From an uncultured Acidimicrobiales bacterium (GTDB taxonomy: Bacteria > Actinomycetota > Acidimicrobiia > Acidimicrobiales > DATKAS01): a stretch of DNA of 64,000 nt. The notes beneath the pieces are model-generated. The model searched no databases, was not told the origin of the DNA, and worked only from the letters and a program-made list of their open reading frames with translations. Below, piece after piece: positions 39,028-48,616 of this stretch. Both the position numbers and the translations under genes were made by a program. Positions within the stretch are counted from its first letter, which is position 1. The number at the start of each line of letters is the position of its first letter. Where the stretch lies: assembly GCA_963802505.1 (NCBI GenBank), contig CAWDJB010000008.1:134112-198111 (forward strand), read 5' to 3'.

Positions 39028-39465
39028 ATGGATCTGAGGCCGCGCGCCGTCATTCAACGGTTCCGCGGCAAGGCGCTCCGGTACGTGACGGTGTCGCTGC
39101 TCGGCACGATCACCACTCAGATCCTTCTCTGGTTCACGCACGCGAAGCTCGACTGGAGCGGCGTCGCGTCGAACGTCTTCTCGGTGACGGTCACCTCCAT
39201 CCCGTCGTACTTCCTCAGCCGGTACTGGATCTGGGGGAAAAACGACAAGAACCGGTTCTGGAGCGAGGTCGTGCCGTTCTGGGGTCTGGCCTTCGCGGGC
39301 CTGATCCTGTCGACGGTGTTCGTGGCCGTTGCGTCTCAGTGGTCTGACTCGACGATCGTCGTGAGCTTGGCGAACTTGGCGGGGTTCGGTGTGCTCTGGG
39401 TTGCGAAGTTCCTCATCCTCGACGAGGTGCTCTTCAAGACCCAAGCCCCCGCCGAAGCCCACTGA
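39028..39465 (+). CDS. GtrA-family membrane protein
   Basis: 145 aa with four hydrophobic helices. The GtrA-like block is YVTVSLLGTITTQILLW...RYWIWG. Confidence 0.8.
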   Translation: MDLRPRAVIQRFRGKALRYVTVSLLGTITTQILLWFTHAKLDWSGVASNVFSVTVTSIPSYFLSRYWIWGKNDKNRFWSEVVPFWGLAFAGLILSTVFVAVASQWSDSTIVVSLANLAGFGVLWVAKFLILDEVLFKTQAPAEAH

Positions 39466-39466
39466 C

Positions 39467-40102
39467 GTGGACGCCCGGCTGCGGGCGATCGCCGAAGCGG
39501 CGAGGGGCTTCATGCCCGTCGACGAAGGGCTTGCGCTTCACGACGCCGCGGTCGAAGCCGCGCGCGCCCACCCTGGCCTCCCGCTGCTCGAGGTCGGCAC
39601 GTACTGCGGCAAGTCGGCCGTGTATCTCGGAGCTGCATGTCTCGAGCTCGATCCGCCCGCAGTGCTCTTCACGGTCGATCACCATCGCGGCTCCGAGGAG
39701 AACCAGGCGGGGTGGGAGCACCACGACTCGTCGCTCGTCGACCCCGCGACCGGCAAGCTCAACACGCTGCCGATGTTCATCCGCACGATCCACGAGGCCG
39801 ATCTCGAGGGCACCGTCGTCGGCGTGGTGGGAGTGTCGCCGGTCGTCGCGTCCCACTGGCACACGCCGCTGGCCTTCCTCTTCATCGATGGCGGGCACGG
39901 CGTCGAGCCGGCGCGCACCGACTACGAGTGCTGGACACCGAAGGTGACGGTCGGCGGCACGCTCGCCATCCACGACGTGTTCCCCGATCCTGCCGACGGC
40001 GGTCGTCCCCCGTACGAGCAGATCTACCTGCCAGCGCTCGAGTCGGGCCAGTTCGAGGAGATCGGCGCGACAGGCAGCCTGCGCGTGCTTCGGAGGGTGT
40101 AA
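39467..40102 (+). CDS. Class I SAM-dependent methyltransferase (O-methyltransferase / Methyltransf_24-like)
   Basis: The GTG at 39467 lies 1 nt after the gtrA-like stop. LLEVGTYCGKSAVYL...FLFIDGGH...GGTLAIHDV are present. Confidence 0.7.
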   Translation: MDARLRAIAEAARGFMPVDEGLALHDAAVEAARAHPGLPLLEVGTYCGKSAVYLGAACLELDPPAVLFTVDHHRGSEENQAGWEHHDSSLVDPATGKLNTLPMFIRTIHEADLEGTVVGVVGVSPVVASHWHTPLAFLFIDGGHGVEPARTDYECWTPKVTVGGTLAIHDVFPDPADGGRPPYEQIYLPALESGQFEEIGATGSLRVLRRV

Positions 40103-40123
40103 CCAACCCCGGTCCCGCTCATG

Positions 40124-40216
40124 GGCGGCGCAGTGCGCCGCCGGGTGCGCGAAGCACGGCTTGTCGAGCGGAGCGAGCAGGAGCCGATCGAAGCGAAGCG
40201 GCGAGCGGCGACGAGG
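40124..40216 (+). repeat. Intergenic repeat, copy A (hairpin GGCGGCGCA-G-TGCGCCGCC plus a conserved GGGTGCGCGAAGC flank)
   Basis: The 32-nt core at 40124-40155 is nearly identical to 58485-58517. Relative to copy B, copy A carries an extra segment of about 43 nt bounded by a GCGAAGC direct repeat. Confidence 0.65.
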
Positions 40217-40217
40217 A

Positions 40218-40580
40218 TCAAACGGGTTGCATCAGCTCGAGGCGGTTGCCGAAGGGATCGTCGACGTAGACGCGGTGGTAGCCATCGAGCGGCTCGTCGT
40301 CGCGGGGCACGAAGCCGGCGGCGGTCAACGTCGCGATCAGGGCATCGAGGTCGTCGACGATGAGCGCAGCGTGCGCTTTGCGAGCAGGCCGGAAGTCGGC
40401 GTCGACGCCAAGGTGGACCTTCACTGCGTCGGTCTCGAACCAGCAGCCGCCCCGTCCCGCGAGATGCGGCGGCTTCGACAGCTGCGGGATGCCGAGCAGG
40501 CCTTCGTAGAAGGCGACGGCTTCAGCTTCGCGACCTGCCGGCATCGCGAGCTGCACGTGGTCCAGTCGAACGACTGACAT
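40218..40580 (-). CDS. VOC/glyoxalase-family protein
   Basis: The ATG at 40580 gives MSVVRLDHVQLAMPAG...AFYEGLLG...HLGVD...HAALIVDD...VYVDDPFGNRLEL. Confidence 0.75.
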   Translation of the reverse strand: MSVVRLDHVQLAMPAGREAEAVAFYEGLLGIPQLSKPPHLAGRGGCWFETDAVKVHLGVDADFRPARKAHAALIVDDLDALIATLTAAGFVPRDDEPLDGYHRVYVDDPFGNRLELMQPV

Positions 40581-40598
40581 ACAAGTACAATACAAGTG
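40580..40598. promoter_or_regulatory. Direct repeat of an AT-rich TACAAGT motif at the VOC gene start (candidate operator)
   Basis: TACAAGTA-CAA-TACAAGTG has a spacing of 11 nt. The same CACTTGTA/TACAAGTG word forms the outer arms of the hairpin repeats at 7828-7948. Confidence 0.35.
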
Positions 40599-40680
40599 TT
40601 ACGGCTTCTGCGTCGCGTCAGCCGACAGACATGACGGTCAGCGCGACCGAGAACGGACGGACGGGGGCAGACCGCAGGGG

Positions 40681-41736
40681 TCAGTCGGTGACGGGGTCGC
40701 TCGTGTCGATGAAGGCGGGCACGTCTTCACCGCGGAAGAGGCCCGACGCATCGGTGGTCCGGCTGAGCGCATCGGCGGCGAGCACGACAGCGGCCGCCGT
40801 GTAGGAGGTGCGCTCGGCGTCGGGGAAGCTCGTGCCCTCGGGGTGGACGATGCCGGTCAGGTAGGCGCCGTCGTCGAGCCGATGGGCTTGGGCCCACGTG
40901 AAGAGCTCGAGCGCCGCGGCCTCGTTCCCGGCGACGAGCTGGGCCATGGCCGTCTCGCAGGTCTCGGCGGCAGTGATCCAGGGGCGGTCGGCGACACAGC
41001 GCACACCGAGGCCCTCCATCACGAAGGTCGACGTGCGCTCGGCGAGCCGAGCTGTCGCGGCGGCGCCGGTGACGACGCCGGCGAGCACCGGGTAGTACCA
41101 GTCCATCGCCCAGCGGTCCTTCGGCTCGAACGCGTCACGCACGTGCGCGATGACGTGGGCCAGGTTCGCGGTGGCGAGCTCCCAGTCGGGTCGTTCCTCG
41201 CCGACGGTCTCGGCGATCGCCACCGCGCACCGCAGGCTGTGGCAGATCGAGGACGAACCCGTGAGCAACGCGTACGACCAGGGCGTGCCGTCGGTGTGGC
41301 GAGCCCAGATGATCTCGCCGCGCGCGGTCTGCATCGAGAGCACGAAGTCGACGGCCCGCTCGACCACTGGCCACATCGTGTCGACGAAGCCGCGGTCGCG
41401 CGTGAGGAGGTAGTGGTGCCACACGCCGGCCGCGACGTAGGCACAGACGTTGGTGTCGAGCTTGAGGTCTTCGATTCCGTCGGCGAGGTAGTAGTTGTGC
41501 CACGCGCCGTTCTCGAGCTGATGGGACACGAGCCACTCGTACGCCCGCTCGGCGTCGGAGAGACGCCCGCCGACCGCGAGCGCCATCGCCGCCTCGACGT
41601 GGTTCCACGGATCGGAGTGCCCGCCGGGATACCAGAGGACGAGGCCGCTGGGCATCTGCTCCGCGGCAATCGCGTCGACCGTCGTGCTGAGCTCGGCCGC
41701 GCTCAAGACACCAGCGACCTCGGGGAGGCGCGTCAC
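40681..41736 (-). CDS. Prenyltransferase / squalene-hopene-cyclase-repeat-like (alpha/alpha toroid) protein
   Basis: 351 aa. The GTG start overlaps the methyltransferase stop (GTGA). Repeated aromatic-rich blocks (QLENGAWHNYY, MQTARGEIIWA, RLDDGAYLTG) resemble terpenoid cyclase or prenyltransferase repeats. Confidence 0.65.
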   Translation of the reverse strand: MTRLPEVAGVLSAAELSTTVDAIAAEQMPSGLVLWYPGGHSDPWNHVEAAMALAVGGRLSDAERAYEWLVSHQLENGAWHNYYLADGIEDLKLDTNVCAYVAAGVWHHYLLTRDRGFVDTMWPVVERAVDFVLSMQTARGEIIWARHTDGTPWSYALLTGSSSICHSLRCAVAIAETVGEERPDWELATANLAHVIAHVRDAFEPKDRWAMDWYYPVLAGVVTGAAATARLAERTSTFVMEGLGVRCVADRPWITAAETCETAMAQLVAGNEAAALELFTWAQAHRLDDGAYLTGIVHPEGTSFPDAERTSYTAAAVVLAADALSRTTDASGLFRGEDVPAFIDTSDPVTD

Positions 41737-42458
41737 AGGATCACCGGCTTGCGGGCGTACACCACGAGGCTCTTCCCGAGGACCGGGTTCAAGACGCGGT
41801 CAGCGACGCGTGTCGACGCCGGCGTCTTCGTGATGTCCCACTCGAGGAGCTTGCGGTAGGCGACGACGGCCTTGTTCGTGTCGTTCGTCGGGCCGACCGC
41901 GCAGCGCAGCCACCAGTAGGGGCTGTGCAGCGAATGCGCGCGATGCGACGCGCCGGGCACGAGGCCCGCCTCGCGCATGCGAGCGCGCAGCGCATCGGCC
42001 GTGTAGATGCGCACGTGCCCGCCCTCGACGAACGGCGCGTGATACTCGTCGCTCAGCCACCAGCAGACCTTCTCGGGCAGCCACGCGGGCACCGTCACCG
42101 CGATCGTGCCCCCCGCCCGCAGCACGCGCGCCAGCTCGCTCATCGCGCCGGCGTCGTCGGGGATGTGCTCCATCACCTCGGACGCGATCACCCGATCGAA
42201 GGCATCGTCGGCAAAGGGCAGGTGCACGGCGTCGCCGTTGACCGCTCCGGTGCAGCCCTCCTCCTCGACCTCGCCCGCTTCAGCCATCGCTCCGAAGGTC
42301 GCGCGCACCTCCTTGAGCTCGGCGTCGCTCATGTCGCACGCGACGACGCGAGCGCCGTGGCGGGCGGCCTCGAAGGCGTGGCGGCCGAACCCGCATCCGA
42401 GGTCGAGCAGCCGGTCGCCCGCGCGCACGCCCAGCTTGGCGTAGTCGACCGTGAGCAT
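41733..42458 (-). CDS. Class I SAM-dependent methyltransferase
   Basis: C-terminal 241 aa of the artefactual 894-aa ORF. The ATG at 42458 gives MLTVDYAKLGVRAGDRLLDLGCGFGRHAFEAARHGARVVACDMS (SAM motif I). Confidence 0.85.
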   Translation of the reverse strand: MLTVDYAKLGVRAGDRLLDLGCGFGRHAFEAARHGARVVACDMSDAELKEVRATFGAMAEAGEVEEEGCTGAVNGDAVHLPFADDAFDRVIASEVMEHIPDDAGAMSELARVLRAGGTIAVTVPAWLPEKVCWWLSDEYHAPFVEGGHVRIYTADALRARMREAGLVPGASHRAHSLHSPYWWLRCAVGPTNDTNKAVVAYRKLLEWDITKTPASTRVADRVLNPVLGKSLVVYARKPVIL

Positions 42459-43765
42459 CAGCCTTTGCGTCCCTGCCCTGCGCTCGCACGCATCTCGAGG
42501 AGCTCGCGGTACTGCTCGACGGTCGCCTTGGCTGTGTGGGCCCAGCTCCACCGGCTGATGACTCGTTCGCGGCCCGCTGCGCCGACCTTGGCTCGCAGCG
42601 CCGGATCGTCGAGTCCCCGGCGGATCGTCGCGACCAGCGCGTCGGCGTCGGCCGGCGGGCACGACAGCACGGTCTCGCCGTCCGCCCCCGTGACCTCCGG
42701 GAGCGCGCCGCCGGTCGTCGCGACGAGCGCGATGCCCGTCGCCATCGCCTCGGCCGCGGGCAACGAGAAGCCTTCGTACAGCGAAGGCACGACCGCGAGC
42801 TCGGCCTCGGCGTAGAGCTCGACGATGCGCTCGTCGGACACGCCGCTCACGAACGTCACCACATCGGTGAGGCCGAGCCGCTCGATCGTCTCCGCGCTGC
42901 GACCGCCGGGCTTCGGACGGCCGATGACAGTCAGGGTGACGTCGCGCTCGGTGCGCAGCTTCGCGAGCGCCTCGAGCAGGTACGACAGACCCTTCAGCGC
43001 GACGTCGGCGCTCGCGGTGGTGATCAGCCGCCCGGGCACACGCTCGACGTGGGGCATCGGCTTGAAGAGCTCGGGGTCGACACCGACCGGGACGAGCCGC
43101 ATGTTCTCGCGCGGTACCCCGAAGTCCGTGTGGATGTCGTTGATCGAGTTCTCCGAGACGACCACGACCCGCGGCAGGTGCCGAGCGACCCGGGCCTGCA
43201 TCTTCACGAACCCGTACCACCGGTTGACCGAGCGGCGCTTGCGCGCGTTCGGCGCGTGTGCGACCTCGAGCGCCCGATCCTTCGTGATCGGGTGGTGCAG
43301 CGTCTCGAGCACCGGCAGGAACCGGTCGATGGCCAAGATGCCGTAGCCCAGGCACTGGTTGTCGTGGACGAGGTCGAACTCGAGCTTGCGACCGTCGAGG
43401 TAGCGCCAGGCTCGCAGGCTGAAGGCGAGCGGCTCGCTGAACTTGCCGGTCGAGAACTGGGCGATCTCGACGAGGTCCTGCCAGTGCTTGATCTCCCAGT
43501 ACGCGGGGAAACGGCCCGGGTAGGTGTCGTTGAAGATGTCGAGGCTCGGCAGCTTGACGAGCGGCACCCGGGGGTCGAGGACCGGGTACGGCTGGCCGCC
43601 GAGCACCTCGACGTGATGACCGAGGTCGACGAGCGCCTTGGTCAGGTGCCGGGTGTAGACGCCCTGCCCACCGACGTGCGGCTTCCCCCGGTAGGAGAGA
43701 TAGGCGATGCGCAGGGCTTCGTCGGGGCGCAAAGGCCCGACATGCCCGCTGCTGGGGGGAGGCAT
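42458..43765 (-). CDS. Glycosyltransferase family 4
   Basis: 435 aa. The N-terminus has HVGGQGVYTRHLTKALVDLGHHV. The C-terminal EGFSLPAAEAMATGIALVAT is the GT-B / GT4 EX7E region. Confidence 0.88.
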   Translation of the reverse strand: MPPPSSGHVGPLRPDEALRIAYLSYRGKPHVGGQGVYTRHLTKALVDLGHHVEVLGGQPYPVLDPRVPLVKLPSLDIFNDTYPGRFPAYWEIKHWQDLVEIAQFSTGKFSEPLAFSLRAWRYLDGRKLEFDLVHDNQCLGYGILAIDRFLPVLETLHHPITKDRALEVAHAPNARKRRSVNRWYGFVKMQARVARHLPRVVVVSENSINDIHTDFGVPRENMRLVPVGVDPELFKPMPHVERVPGRLITTASADVALKGLSYLLEALAKLRTERDVTLTVIGRPKPGGRSAETIERLGLTDVVTFVSGVSDERIVELYAEAELAVVPSLYEGFSLPAAEAMATGIALVATTGGALPEVTGADGETVLSCPPADADALVATIRRGLDDPALRAKVGAAGRERVISRWSWAHTAKATVEQYRELLEMRASAGQGRKG

Positions 43766-43798
43766 CGGCGCACTCTATCGGTCGCCTTGACCAGGCGG

Positions 43799-44588
43799 TC
43801 AGGGGGCAGAGCGGCTGAAAACCAGCCTCATCTCGGCGACGAGGGGCTCGCCCGGGTCCACGACCTGCGGTTTCATGTTGAACTCGTTCGGCGGGCCGGT
43901 CTGGGGCTCGACGCAGAGCGCGTGATCGGGCTGGGTGAAGATCACCCAGTGGTCGCAGGTCGACGAGATCGTCGCGGTCACGCCGTCCGGCCACCGCAGG
44001 CTCGGCGGACCGGCCAGGCCGGTGAACGTGTCGTCCCACGGGCCGGGGGGCGGATCGACGAGGCGCCCGGTCGGGATGTCCTCGTCGTCCCTCTCGTACA
44101 TCTTCGCGGCGGTGAACGAGAGGTCGACGGGCTTGCGGTACCACGGGTGCCATCCGGCCATCGCGGGCATCGGGCGATCGGCCGCGTGCACCTCGAGCCG
44201 GAACGTCGCCGTGTTGCCCTCCACCGACCCGTGATGGATCGCGTGGCCCCCGAACGGCCACGGATCGGCCAGGTCGAGCCGCATCGTGTTCGCATCGAGC
44301 GCCGACCATTCGGACGTGTAGGCGATGCCGTGCATCGCGTGCGGCGGGTGGTTGATCGGCATCTCGTAGTCCACGCCGTCGAAGGTGAACTTGCCGTGCT
44401 GGATGCGGCCGGCCCATGGGATCATGGGGAACGCTCCCCAGCTGCTCGGTCTGGGCACCGGGTCACCAAGCGGGGGCCTGACGAGCCGCTCCTCGCCGAA
44501 CGCGACGATCGACGCGATCCGTCCGCCCTGCACCGGGTCGAGCATCACGATCAGGTCGTCACCGGTCAGCGTCAGCACGACGCACACC
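43799..44588 (-). CDS. Aldose 1-epimerase-family (galactose mutarotase-like) protein
   Basis: ...[23 protein letters not shown]...[11 protein letters not shown]...[11 protein letters not shown]...HAMHG...[10 protein letters not shown]. The start is uncertain (GTG 44588, GTG 44579 or the internal ATG). Confidence 0.7.
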
Positions 44589-44603
44589 GTAGGGTCCGCC
44601 CTC

Positions 44604-45050
44604 GTGCGCGCGCTGGTGCAGCGGGTCTCGCGAGCCAAGGTCACCGTTGACGGTGAGATCGTCGGCGAGATCGGCGCGGGGCTCTGTGTGCTCGTCGGCG
44701 TCACTCATTCCGACGACGACGCAACCGCTCGCAAGGTGGCCGAGCGCATCGTCAACCTGCGCGTGCTCGCCGACGAAGACGGCGTGATGAACCGATCGGT
44801 GGCCGACGTTGGCGCCGAGGTGCTCGTCGTGAGCCAGTTCACGCTCTACGGCGACACGAGCAAGGGCCGTCGCCCGTCGTGGCTCGCCGCCGCGCCCCCC
44901 GAGGTCGCCGAGCCGCTCATCGATGCGGTTGTCGCCGCGCTTCGCGAGCTCGGGACCACGGTCGCCACCGGGCGCTTTCGCACCACGATGGCGGTCGAGC
45001 TCGTCAATGACGGGCCGGTGACCGTCTTGCTCGAGCTCGATCCCCGATGA
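44604..45050 (+). CDS. dtd: D-aminoacyl-tRNA deacylase
   Basis: The GTG at 44604 gives [33 protein letters not shown]...[17 protein letters not shown], the typical Dtd pattern. Confidence 0.88.
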   Translation: MRALVQRVSRAKVTVDGEIVGEIGAGLCVLVGVTHSDDDATARKVAERIVNLRVLADEDGVMNRSVADVGAEVLVVSQFTLYGDTSKGRRPSWLAAAPPEVAEPLIDAVVAALRELGTTVATGRFRTTMAVELVNDGPVTVLLELDPR

Positions 45051-46512
45051 GGCCGATCGCGACGAGCAGCAGCGCGACGAGGACGATCGGGCGGTCGCCC
45101 CAACGCACGTAGATCGTCTCGCCCGCGCGTTTGCGGACATCCATCTGCAGCACTTTGCGCTCGCTGATCGCGGTGCGCGCTTTCAAGTGCCCGGTGTCGT
45201 CGACGAAGGCGGTGAAGCCGGTCGGTGCCACCTGCCCCACCCACCGGCCGGTCTCGAGCGCGCGAAGCCGAGACGCGTTGATCTGCTGCGTCTGCAGCAA
45301 CGTGCCCGTGTACGACGCGCCGTTCGTCGGGTTGAGGAGGACCTCGCCGCCGTGGCCGATGGCGTCGCGGGCGCGACCGCCGAAGAAGACCTCCCACGAG
45401 ATGACGACGCCGATGCGACCTTCGGGCGTGTCGAGCACCGCAGGCCCGTGTCCGGCGATGGCGTCGCGCGGTACCTCGTCGGTCGGCGCGCCGATCGCGT
45501 GGAGGATCCGGCGGAACGGCATGTACTCGCCGAACGGGACACGACGCACCTTCTCGTAGCGCGCGATCTCGGCGCCCGTGGCATCCCAGGCGATCTGCGA
45601 GTTGCGGAAGTGGTGCTCGCCCGCGCCCTCGATCACGCCGGCGGTGAGAGGGGCGCCCAGGCTCCGCGCCAGCGCGGCGAGGTCGGCGCCTTCGGGCGTG
45701 TCGCCGACAGGCCCTTCGACGTGCACTGTGTTCTCGGGCCACACCACGAGATCGACGGGGGTCTTCACGTCGTTGGACGCGGCGAGGTGGCGTTCGAAGA
45801 CGAGGCGCTCGTCGGTCGCGCTCGCGTGTGTCCCTTGCGGGCCGCCGCCCTGCACGAGAGCGATGTTCATGGGACCGATGTCGTGACCGCGGGGTGCGAC
45901 GGCTGCGAACCCGACCACGAGCGCGATCGCGGCGGCACCGACGGCCACCGCCATCCAGGCGCGTTCCCACGCGGCCGAGATGGTGACGCCGATGATCACC
46001 ACGAGCATGACGAGCAGCGGCGCGCCGCCGACCCGCACGACGAACGCGACGGGCGAGACCGCTTGGCTGATCGCGAACGATGCGAGCGGCACCCCGCCGA
46101 ACGGCCATGACCACCTGAGGATCTCGGCCAGCACGATCGAACCGGGGAGCACGACCCATCGCCAGCGGCTCGCGGGAGCGATCGCGCAGGCGACGCCGAA
46201 CCAGACGGAGGAGATCAGTGAAGCGACCACCCAGCCGGGCGCGGTGAGGAACACCATCCAGCCCATGCCCGGGAAGAGCCACGCCGCGGCGACCGCCCAT
46301 CCGCGCCAGAACCGGCTGCGCGCCGGTCGGCCCGCCAGAAGGCGGTCGAGGAAGACCACGCCCACGATCAGCAGCGGCCACCATCCCCAAGGGGGAAGCG
46401 AGAGCGCCATGAGCGCGCCCGTGCCGAGGCACGCCGCGATCGTGACGAGCCGCGGTGGGATGCGTGCGCGCGTGCGCGCCGAATCTCCCACAGGGGCCTC
46501 GGTGTCGACCAT
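45004..46512 (-). CDS. lnt: Apolipoprotein N-acyltransferase
   Basis: Trimmed to the ATG at 46512, which overlaps the sortase stop. It has a polytopic N-terminus followed by a CN-hydrolase domain (VVWPENT...[13 protein letters not shown]...ISWEVFF). Confidence 0.85.
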   Translation of the reverse strand: MVDTEAPVGDSARTRARIPPRLVTIAACLGTGALMALSLPPWGWWPLLIVGVVFLDRLLAGRPARSRFWRGWAVAAAWLFPGMGWMVFLTAPGWVVASLISSVWFGVACAIAPASRWRWVVLPGSIVLAEILRWSWPFGGVPLASFAISQAVSPVAFVVRVGGAPLLVMLVVIIGVTISAAWERAWMAVAVGAAAIALVVGFAAVAPRGHDIGPMNIALVQGGGPQGTHASATDERLVFERHLAASNDVKTPVDLVVWPENTVHVEGPVGDTPEGADLAALARSLGAPLTAGVIEGAGEHHFRNSQIAWDATGAEIARYEKVRRVPFGEYMPFRRILHAIGAPTDEVPRDAIAGHGPAVLDTPEGRIGVVISWEVFFGGRARDAIGHGGEVLLNPTNGASYTGTLLQTQQINASRLRALETGRWVGQVAPTGFTAFVDDTGHLKARTAISERKVLQMDVRKRAGETIYVRWGDRPIVLVALLLVAIGLIGDRARARRSPARH

Positions 46513-47204
46513 CAGACCGCGGCGGAGTTGACGTAGGTCAGGTGCACCACGAAGCGAAAGCGCGCTGACCCAGGCGGATGGCACGCGAAGAGCGTCGCCG
46601 TCTTGCCCGCCGATTGGTTGACGATGTACATCGCGTCGGGCTTCACGATCTCGTTGCTCACGAACGTGTACGTGTGCTGTCCGCTGCCGATCGTGAAGAT
46701 CACCTGATCGCCCGGCCCGAGCTGATCGATGTAGCGGAAGGGGCGACTGTGGGTGACCCGGTGGCCCGCGACCACCACGTTGCCTGTCTGGCTCGGCAGC
46801 GCGGTGCCGGGCCAGTGACCCGGACCCTTGTTCAGCGTCGTGAGCGTGACGCCCTCGAACAGCACCGCGTTGATGCCGAGCCTCGGGATGGCGATCGTGC
46901 CGATCCGGTTCTCGGGCTCGGGCGCGAGCGCGTTCTTCGGGGACGGAGCCGGAGTGGGAAGCGGCGTTGCGGTCACCGCTGGGGCCGGCGCTGCAGTCGT
47001 CGCTGGCAGCGTGCTCGGTGGAAGCGTGGTCGCTGCCGTGGTCGGCGCCGAGGTCGTCGCGGTCGAGGCGGGAGCGTCAGTGGCGGGTGCATCGGCGAGA
47101 CCGGGATCGTCGTCGACGGAGCTCTTCCCGCCGCATGCCGCGACGACGAGCGCCCCGGCGCCCGCAACGAGGAAGGTCCGCCGATCCATCCGCCCCATTT
47201 TCAC
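46512..47204 (-). CDS. Sortase-family transpeptidase (class E/F-like)
   Basis: 230 aa with an N-terminal signal or anchor and a Thr/Ala/Pro linker. The catalytic His (VVAGHR), Cys (TLFACHP) and Arg (RFRFVV) are present. Confidence 0.75.
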   Translation of the reverse strand: MKMGRMDRRTFLVAGAGALVVAACGGKSSVDDDPGLADAPATDAPASTATTSAPTTAATTLPPSTLPATTAAPAPAVTATPLPTPAPSPKNALAPEPENRIGTIAIPRLGINAVLFEGVTLTTLNKGPGHWPGTALPSQTGNVVVAGHRVTHSRPFRYIDQLGPGDQVIFTIGSGQHTYTFVSNEIVKPDAMYIVNQSAGKTATLFACHPPGSARFRFVVHLTYVNSAAV

Positions 47205-48616
47205 GCGCGCGCGGTGCCCGCGCGTAGTCGGGTCGTGAGGATGCGTGCCGCCGTCTGGCCCTGCCGGATGCAGGCGGGTATGCCGAGGCCGCGGTAGGCG
47301 GCGCCGGCGAGGACGACGGTCGGGGCGTGGGCCGCCAGGTGACGGACCGCCTCGTCGACGCGCTCGAGGTGACCGGGTCTGTACTGGGGAAATGACCGGG
47401 GCCAGCGGCTCACTCTCACTTCAGTCGGCGCGCCGCGCAGATCCATGAGGCGGCCGAGGTCGCTGAGCATCTCGCCGACCAGGTCTTCGTCGGTGAGCCC
47501 GACGGCGTGGTCGTCGCCGTCTCGACCTGCGGAGGCGCGCACGATGGCCTGACCAGGGGTGCGCCAGTGCGCCCACTTCGTCGACGCCCACGACGCCGCC
47601 GTGACGGTCCGCTGGGTGGGCTTGGGTACGAGCAGGCCGGTCGCGTCGAGCGGGCGGCCGATCGCGGCGTCGTCGAACGCGAAGGTGACGAGGGCGACCG
47701 ACGCGTAGTCGATGCCGAGGAGAGTGGCCGCGACCTCGGGGACGGCGTCGACGAGCAAGCGGGCCGATGCGTGAGCCGGACATGCCAAGACCACCGCGTC
47801 GGCGTCGATTCGGCGTGGATTCGCCGCCGATGCGCCCGTCGTGACCTGCACGGCTCCGCGTTCGTCGATCTCGACGGACTCCACGGGGGCGTCCAGCTCG
47901 ATGGTCGCGGGCGGCTCGGCGACGGCCAGTGACGCCGCGAGCGCGTCGATCAGGCCGCCCATCCCGCCGCGGAGTGTGAAGAAGACGGGCGCTGTCGGAT
48001 CGGGCGGGTGTGCCCGCCGGTCGGCGCGCAGCCCGAGCAGCAATGACCGGGATCGCTCGGCGACCCCTGCCACCTGCGGCGCCACCGCCAGCGCGCTCAG
48101 CCGGTCGGCGTCGCCGGCGTTGATCCCCCCGATGAGCGGATCGACGAGCCGCTCGAGCACCTCTCGCCCGAACCGCGACGAGACGAGCGGACCGAGGGCG
48201 TCGGGCGGCGTCGACCGCCGCGGCAGCAACGGTTCGAGCGCGGCCCGCGCCATCCCGCCCACGCCGAGGATCCCCGATCGCGCGACGGGGAGGATCTCTC
48301 CGGGAACGCCCAACGCGAGGCCGGCAGGCAGCCGGCGCAGTCGTCCCCGCGCCCACACGTAGGCACCCGCGTTCGACGGCGACACGAGCTGGTCGCCGAG
48401 CCCGAGCCGCTGGCACAGCGCGACGGCTTCGGGTACCCGCGCGAGAAACGCATCGGCCGCCTCGTCGACCTCGAGCCCTGCGAACCGGGACGTGCGGATG
48501 TTGCCGCCCAAGCGGGACGCGGCTTCCAACACGGTCACCTCGACACCGGACTCGACGAGCTCGAGGGCGCACGCGAGGCCGGTGATGCCTCCGCCGACGA
48601 CGACGACGCGGGTCAC
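47201..48616 (-). CDS. hemY: Protoporphyrinogen/coproporphyrinogen III oxidase (HemY/CgoX type, FAD-dependent)
   Basis: The GTG at 48616 overlaps the hemE stop (GTGA). The N-terminus is VTRVVVVGGGITGLACALEL...LEAASRLGGNI. Confidence 0.85.
   Translation of the reverse strand: MTRVVVVGGGITGLACALELVESGVEVTVLEAASRLGGNIRTSRFAGLEVDEAADAFLARVPEAVALCQRLGLGDQLVSPSNAGAYVWARGRLRRLPAGLALGVPGEILPVARSGILGVGGMARAALEPLLPRRSTPPDALGPLVSSRFGREVLERLVDPLIGGINAGDADRLSALAVAPQVAGVAERSRSLLLGLRADRRAHPPDPTAPVFFTLRGGMGGLIDALAASLAVAEPPATIELDAPVESVEIDERGAVQVTTGASAANPRRIDADAVVLACPAHASARLLVDAVPEVAATLLGIDYASVALVTFAFDDAAIGRPLDATGLLVPKPTQRTVTAASWASTKWAHWRTPGQAIVRASAGRDGDDHAVGLTDEDLVGEMLSDLGRLMDLRGAPTEVRVSRWPRSFPQYRPGHLERVDEAVRHLAAHAPTVVLAGAAYRGLGIPACIRQGQTAARILTTRLRAGTARA

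Noticed and set aside
36891-39053. 720-aa ORF on the minus strand
   Set aside because: Only the C-terminal 294 aa (TesB) is homologous to anything. The N-terminal 426 aa is antisense to the clear GH1 beta-glucosidase gene.
41733-44417. 894-aa ORF on the minus strand
   Set aside because: Only its C-terminal 241 aa (from the ATG at 42458) is a real methyltransferase. The upstream part is an out-of-frame read-through of the GT4 and epimerase-like genes with an Arg/Pro-rich nonsense composition.
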